In this document: positions 61,550-64,000 of the stretch, in pieces | Numbering within the stretch: position 1 is the first letter of the stretch | How the letters are laid out: every line of letters begins with the position of its first letter | Origin: Tricharina praecox | Taxonomy: Eukaryota | Reading direction: 5' to 3' | Assembly (NCBI RefSeq): GCF_024521635.1 | Contig: NW_026250412.1 | Coordinates: forward strand, 868,001-932,000 | DNA: 64,000 nucleotides | Notes under the pieces: model-generated | What the model saw: only the letters and a program-made list of their open reading frames with translations | Databases searched by the model: none | What the model was told of the DNA's origin: nothing | Program-made: the position numbers and the translations under genes

Positions 61550-62520
61550 ACAACTTCCGCTCCCTCGACTCGCCCTCCCCCCTCAATCATCCGCCCCCTC
61601 GACTCGTCCCCACCCCACCGCAAGTCACCAGTCTGCCTCCGGCTTCTTCGTCAGGGGCTACCACGAAAGAAGGTGTGGGAAGGAATAGCGGGCGTGGTCC
61701 CAGTCCTCGGTTCCAGCGGCGTCCTCCTCCTCCTCCTCCTCCTCCTATCGCCCCAGCTCCGCCGCCCTCTCCACCCTCTCCCCGAGCTTTCACTCCGACA
61801 TCCCGCTTGCTACATCTACCTCCGCGACCTCTGGGATCCACCCACATACATCAGTGGAAGAGGACATACGTTCGGGCACATATGTACGCCGAGCTGGGAC
61901 TACTTTCGTCGAGTGATCACGTGTGCACCACGTCCGCGTTCCATGCAATACCTACCTAACCCACTGACCGGCTTTCCGCCCCTGCTCGCGGTTGGGTTGG
62001 TGATACAGAGCCGGTGGTCCGTGGTGAGGAGTGGTCCTAAGATTGCCCGTCACCGCCCTAGCTTCTGGGTTGATGTGCTTCTGTACTAGGTAGTAGGTCG
62101 CTTCTTCTTCCTCTTCTAACCGTGCCCCTGGAGGCTGGGTGTTCTTTCAGGAACCAGGGTCAGCTTCCCAGAGAGTCCAGCCAGACCCCTAGGTAGCCAC
62201 CGTGTTGCTTGCTTGTTGAAAGGTGAAGGGGATCTCCAGCTCTTCTACATACCTGGATGACCGCTTCCGGGGGGGTGGGTGTTCCCGCCGTCTGGTGAAG
62301 AAGATCGCCTGTTTTGCCGTGCTGTGGTCAAAACCGATGTCGATGCCGTTGTTGGCTGCCCCGCCCCAGCCACTCTAGGGCGGCTCCAGCATCCCGCTGC
62401 TTCCTCCGGTTTCTTGGACATCTCTCCCGCATCCTTTCATCCGGCTTCGGCCTGCCTACCAGGCCACATCGTCTACGAAGGAGAGGACTTTGGCTTCTGG
62501 AGAAACAGAGAAAACTCAAG
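61550..62520 (-). mobile_element. Degenerate non-LTR retrotransposon (Tad/I-like LINE) reverse-transcriptase relic
   Basis: Minus-strand fragments in shifting frames, in the expected order: KVLSFVDDVAW* (62491-62456, catalytic DD motif), AALEW, NNGI..GFDHS...AIFFTRRR, FNKQATRWL, GVWLDS, EARAVTGNLRTT. Multiple stops and frameshifts. Boundaries approximate. Confidence 0.75.
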
Positions 62521-63083
62521 AGGGTTGTTGTAGAAGGCAGTGAGATCACGTGAAGCGTCGCCACGGCGAACGCCAAGGGATTCGGAGATGGGGAATCGAT
62601 CCCGCCACTGAAGGACATCCGTATTTGCCTGTGGGGAATCACATTTCGCAATCTCTGTAGGCGAACAAGCAGCGGGAAGGGAATCTTGGCTTTCACCCAG
62701 CGGGTATCGTGACGGCGTATGCAGATATCACACACTCCGCGCATCTTTACAATCAGGAAGGGAACGCTCCCCCATTTTATTCGCAACACACTCATACAAA
62801 CTACAAAAAAACCAAATCATCCACAGTGAGGACAGGAAAGGAAGTAAATCGGCCCAACACACTTCTCGAAGCATCATTCAAAAGTTTTTTTTGCTCGAAG
62901 CAATCCAGTTCTGTTCAAGTCCAGTCCAGTCCAATCGTACCCTAACATTACCCGGGGTAGCATCCAAAAAAAGGAAATCAAATGAAAAGGTCAGTCAGAA
63001 GTGAACCAAGAAAAGAAAGAAATGTCAATATCCAAGAAAGGACATGCAGGTTAGTACACAATCGCGCGCCTGTGATTCGGTGT

Positions 63084-64000
63084 CTACCGGTAGTACCCAC
63101 CAGACGAAGGAGGTGGGGGAGGTGGCGCATCGTTCGAGCTGGGCGGAGGTGGTGGAGGCGCACCGCCCGGAGGAGGAGGAGGAGGAGGAGGAGCACCGCC
63201 AGGAGGAGGAGGCGGAAGCCCATAGGACCCGGGTGGCGGCGGCGGAGGGGGAGCGCCGTACGAAGCACCAGGAGGGGGTCCATAGGCTGAGCTGTAGCCC
63301 ATACCAGGTGCACCGGGAGCTGCACCGGGGGCACCAGGGGCGGCCGCGGCCCAAGGGAGGACACCACTGGCTGGCGGGGGAGGTGGGGGAGGAATACCAC
63401 CACCGGGTTGTGCCCACGGCGCGGCTGTTCCTGCTGAAGGACCGGTTGGGGCGCCTTGGGGCTGCTGCCAGGGGGTGATATTAGATCCACCGGAAGGTCC
63501 AGTAGGGGCCTTGGTGGGAGGGCCATCGCGACGTTGCCATGGAGCGGGACCGCCGGTGGGACCACGCTGCCAAGGCTTGAGAGGACGGCCGTCTGGTCCA
63601 AGCTCTTCCTGACCACCACCAAAGCCTCCCTCACGACCACCGTAGTTGTCGCCATATCCACCGTCGCGGCCTGGGCCTGCCTCGATGCGAGCTTGAGGAC
63701 CAGGACCCTCGATGGCAGGACCGGAACCTCCAAGTTCTTGCATGAGTTGCTACACTCAGGTTAGTAGCCGCATATGAGGCGCAGTGGGAAATGAAGTTGA
63801 AGTACCTCGTACTCTCGGTCCACAGCATCTCCGTGACCCAGTCCAGCGGCACCAGGCCTTCCGGGGGTTGCGCCGGGCCGATCGTTGCGCCAGTTCTGGC
63901 CGCGTTGACGATCCGCACAATCGCGAGCCATATGACCGGCGTTACCACACACGCGACAGATGATGTTGGCGGTGAAATTACGCTGCTCGGGACAGTCGTA
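63084..64000 (-). CDS. MSL5: Branchpoint-bridging protein BBP/SF1, 3' part only (gene runs off the window; intron 63750-63805)
   Basis: YDCPEQRNFTANIICRVCGNAGHMARDC (end of knuckle 1 plus CCHC knuckle 2), DAVDREYE-QLMQELGG, and a Pro/Gly-rich tail with repeated APWQ motifs. Confidence 0.9.

Overview
This is eukaryotic, intron-containing, microsatellite-rich DNA from a filamentous ascomycete. A Pezizomycete-like origin is inferred from gene style and repeat content, not proven. About 16-17 protein-coding loci are supported. In order: an AA11-type LPMO, a small hypothetical gene, a membrane-anchored DUF4097-like beta-rich protein, a bacterial-type PARG macrodomain protein, a large TM/coiled-coil protein, a ferric reductase, a Ppr1/UaY-like Zn2Cys6 factor, the vacuolar Ca2+-ATPase PMC1, a disrupted SesB-hydrolase/tandem-NACHT/ankyrin NLR and a short hypothetical ORF. 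Then comes a compact housekeeping block (VPS21, PET123-like, COQ5, U2AF large subunit), an intronless SRA-YDG gene in a repeat/LINE-flanked island, and the 3' part of BBP/SF1 (MSL5). Main non-obvious observations: (1) the long intron 4 of the U2AF65 gene hides a perfect TACTAAC branch site, a pyrimidine tract and a second donor, defining a candidate 40-nt poison exon, and the partner gene SF1 lies convergently 5.5 kb away; (2) the SRA gene has a leader built from tandem repeats, three of which each carry intron-like signals; (3) four 5'-truncated copies of one retroposon 3' end each have their own target-site duplication; (4) CACAGCC (Crz1-type) sites cluster upstream of PMC1; (5) a perfect heat-shock element lies inside the long NLR intron. 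No tRNA, rRNA or CRISPR features were recognised.
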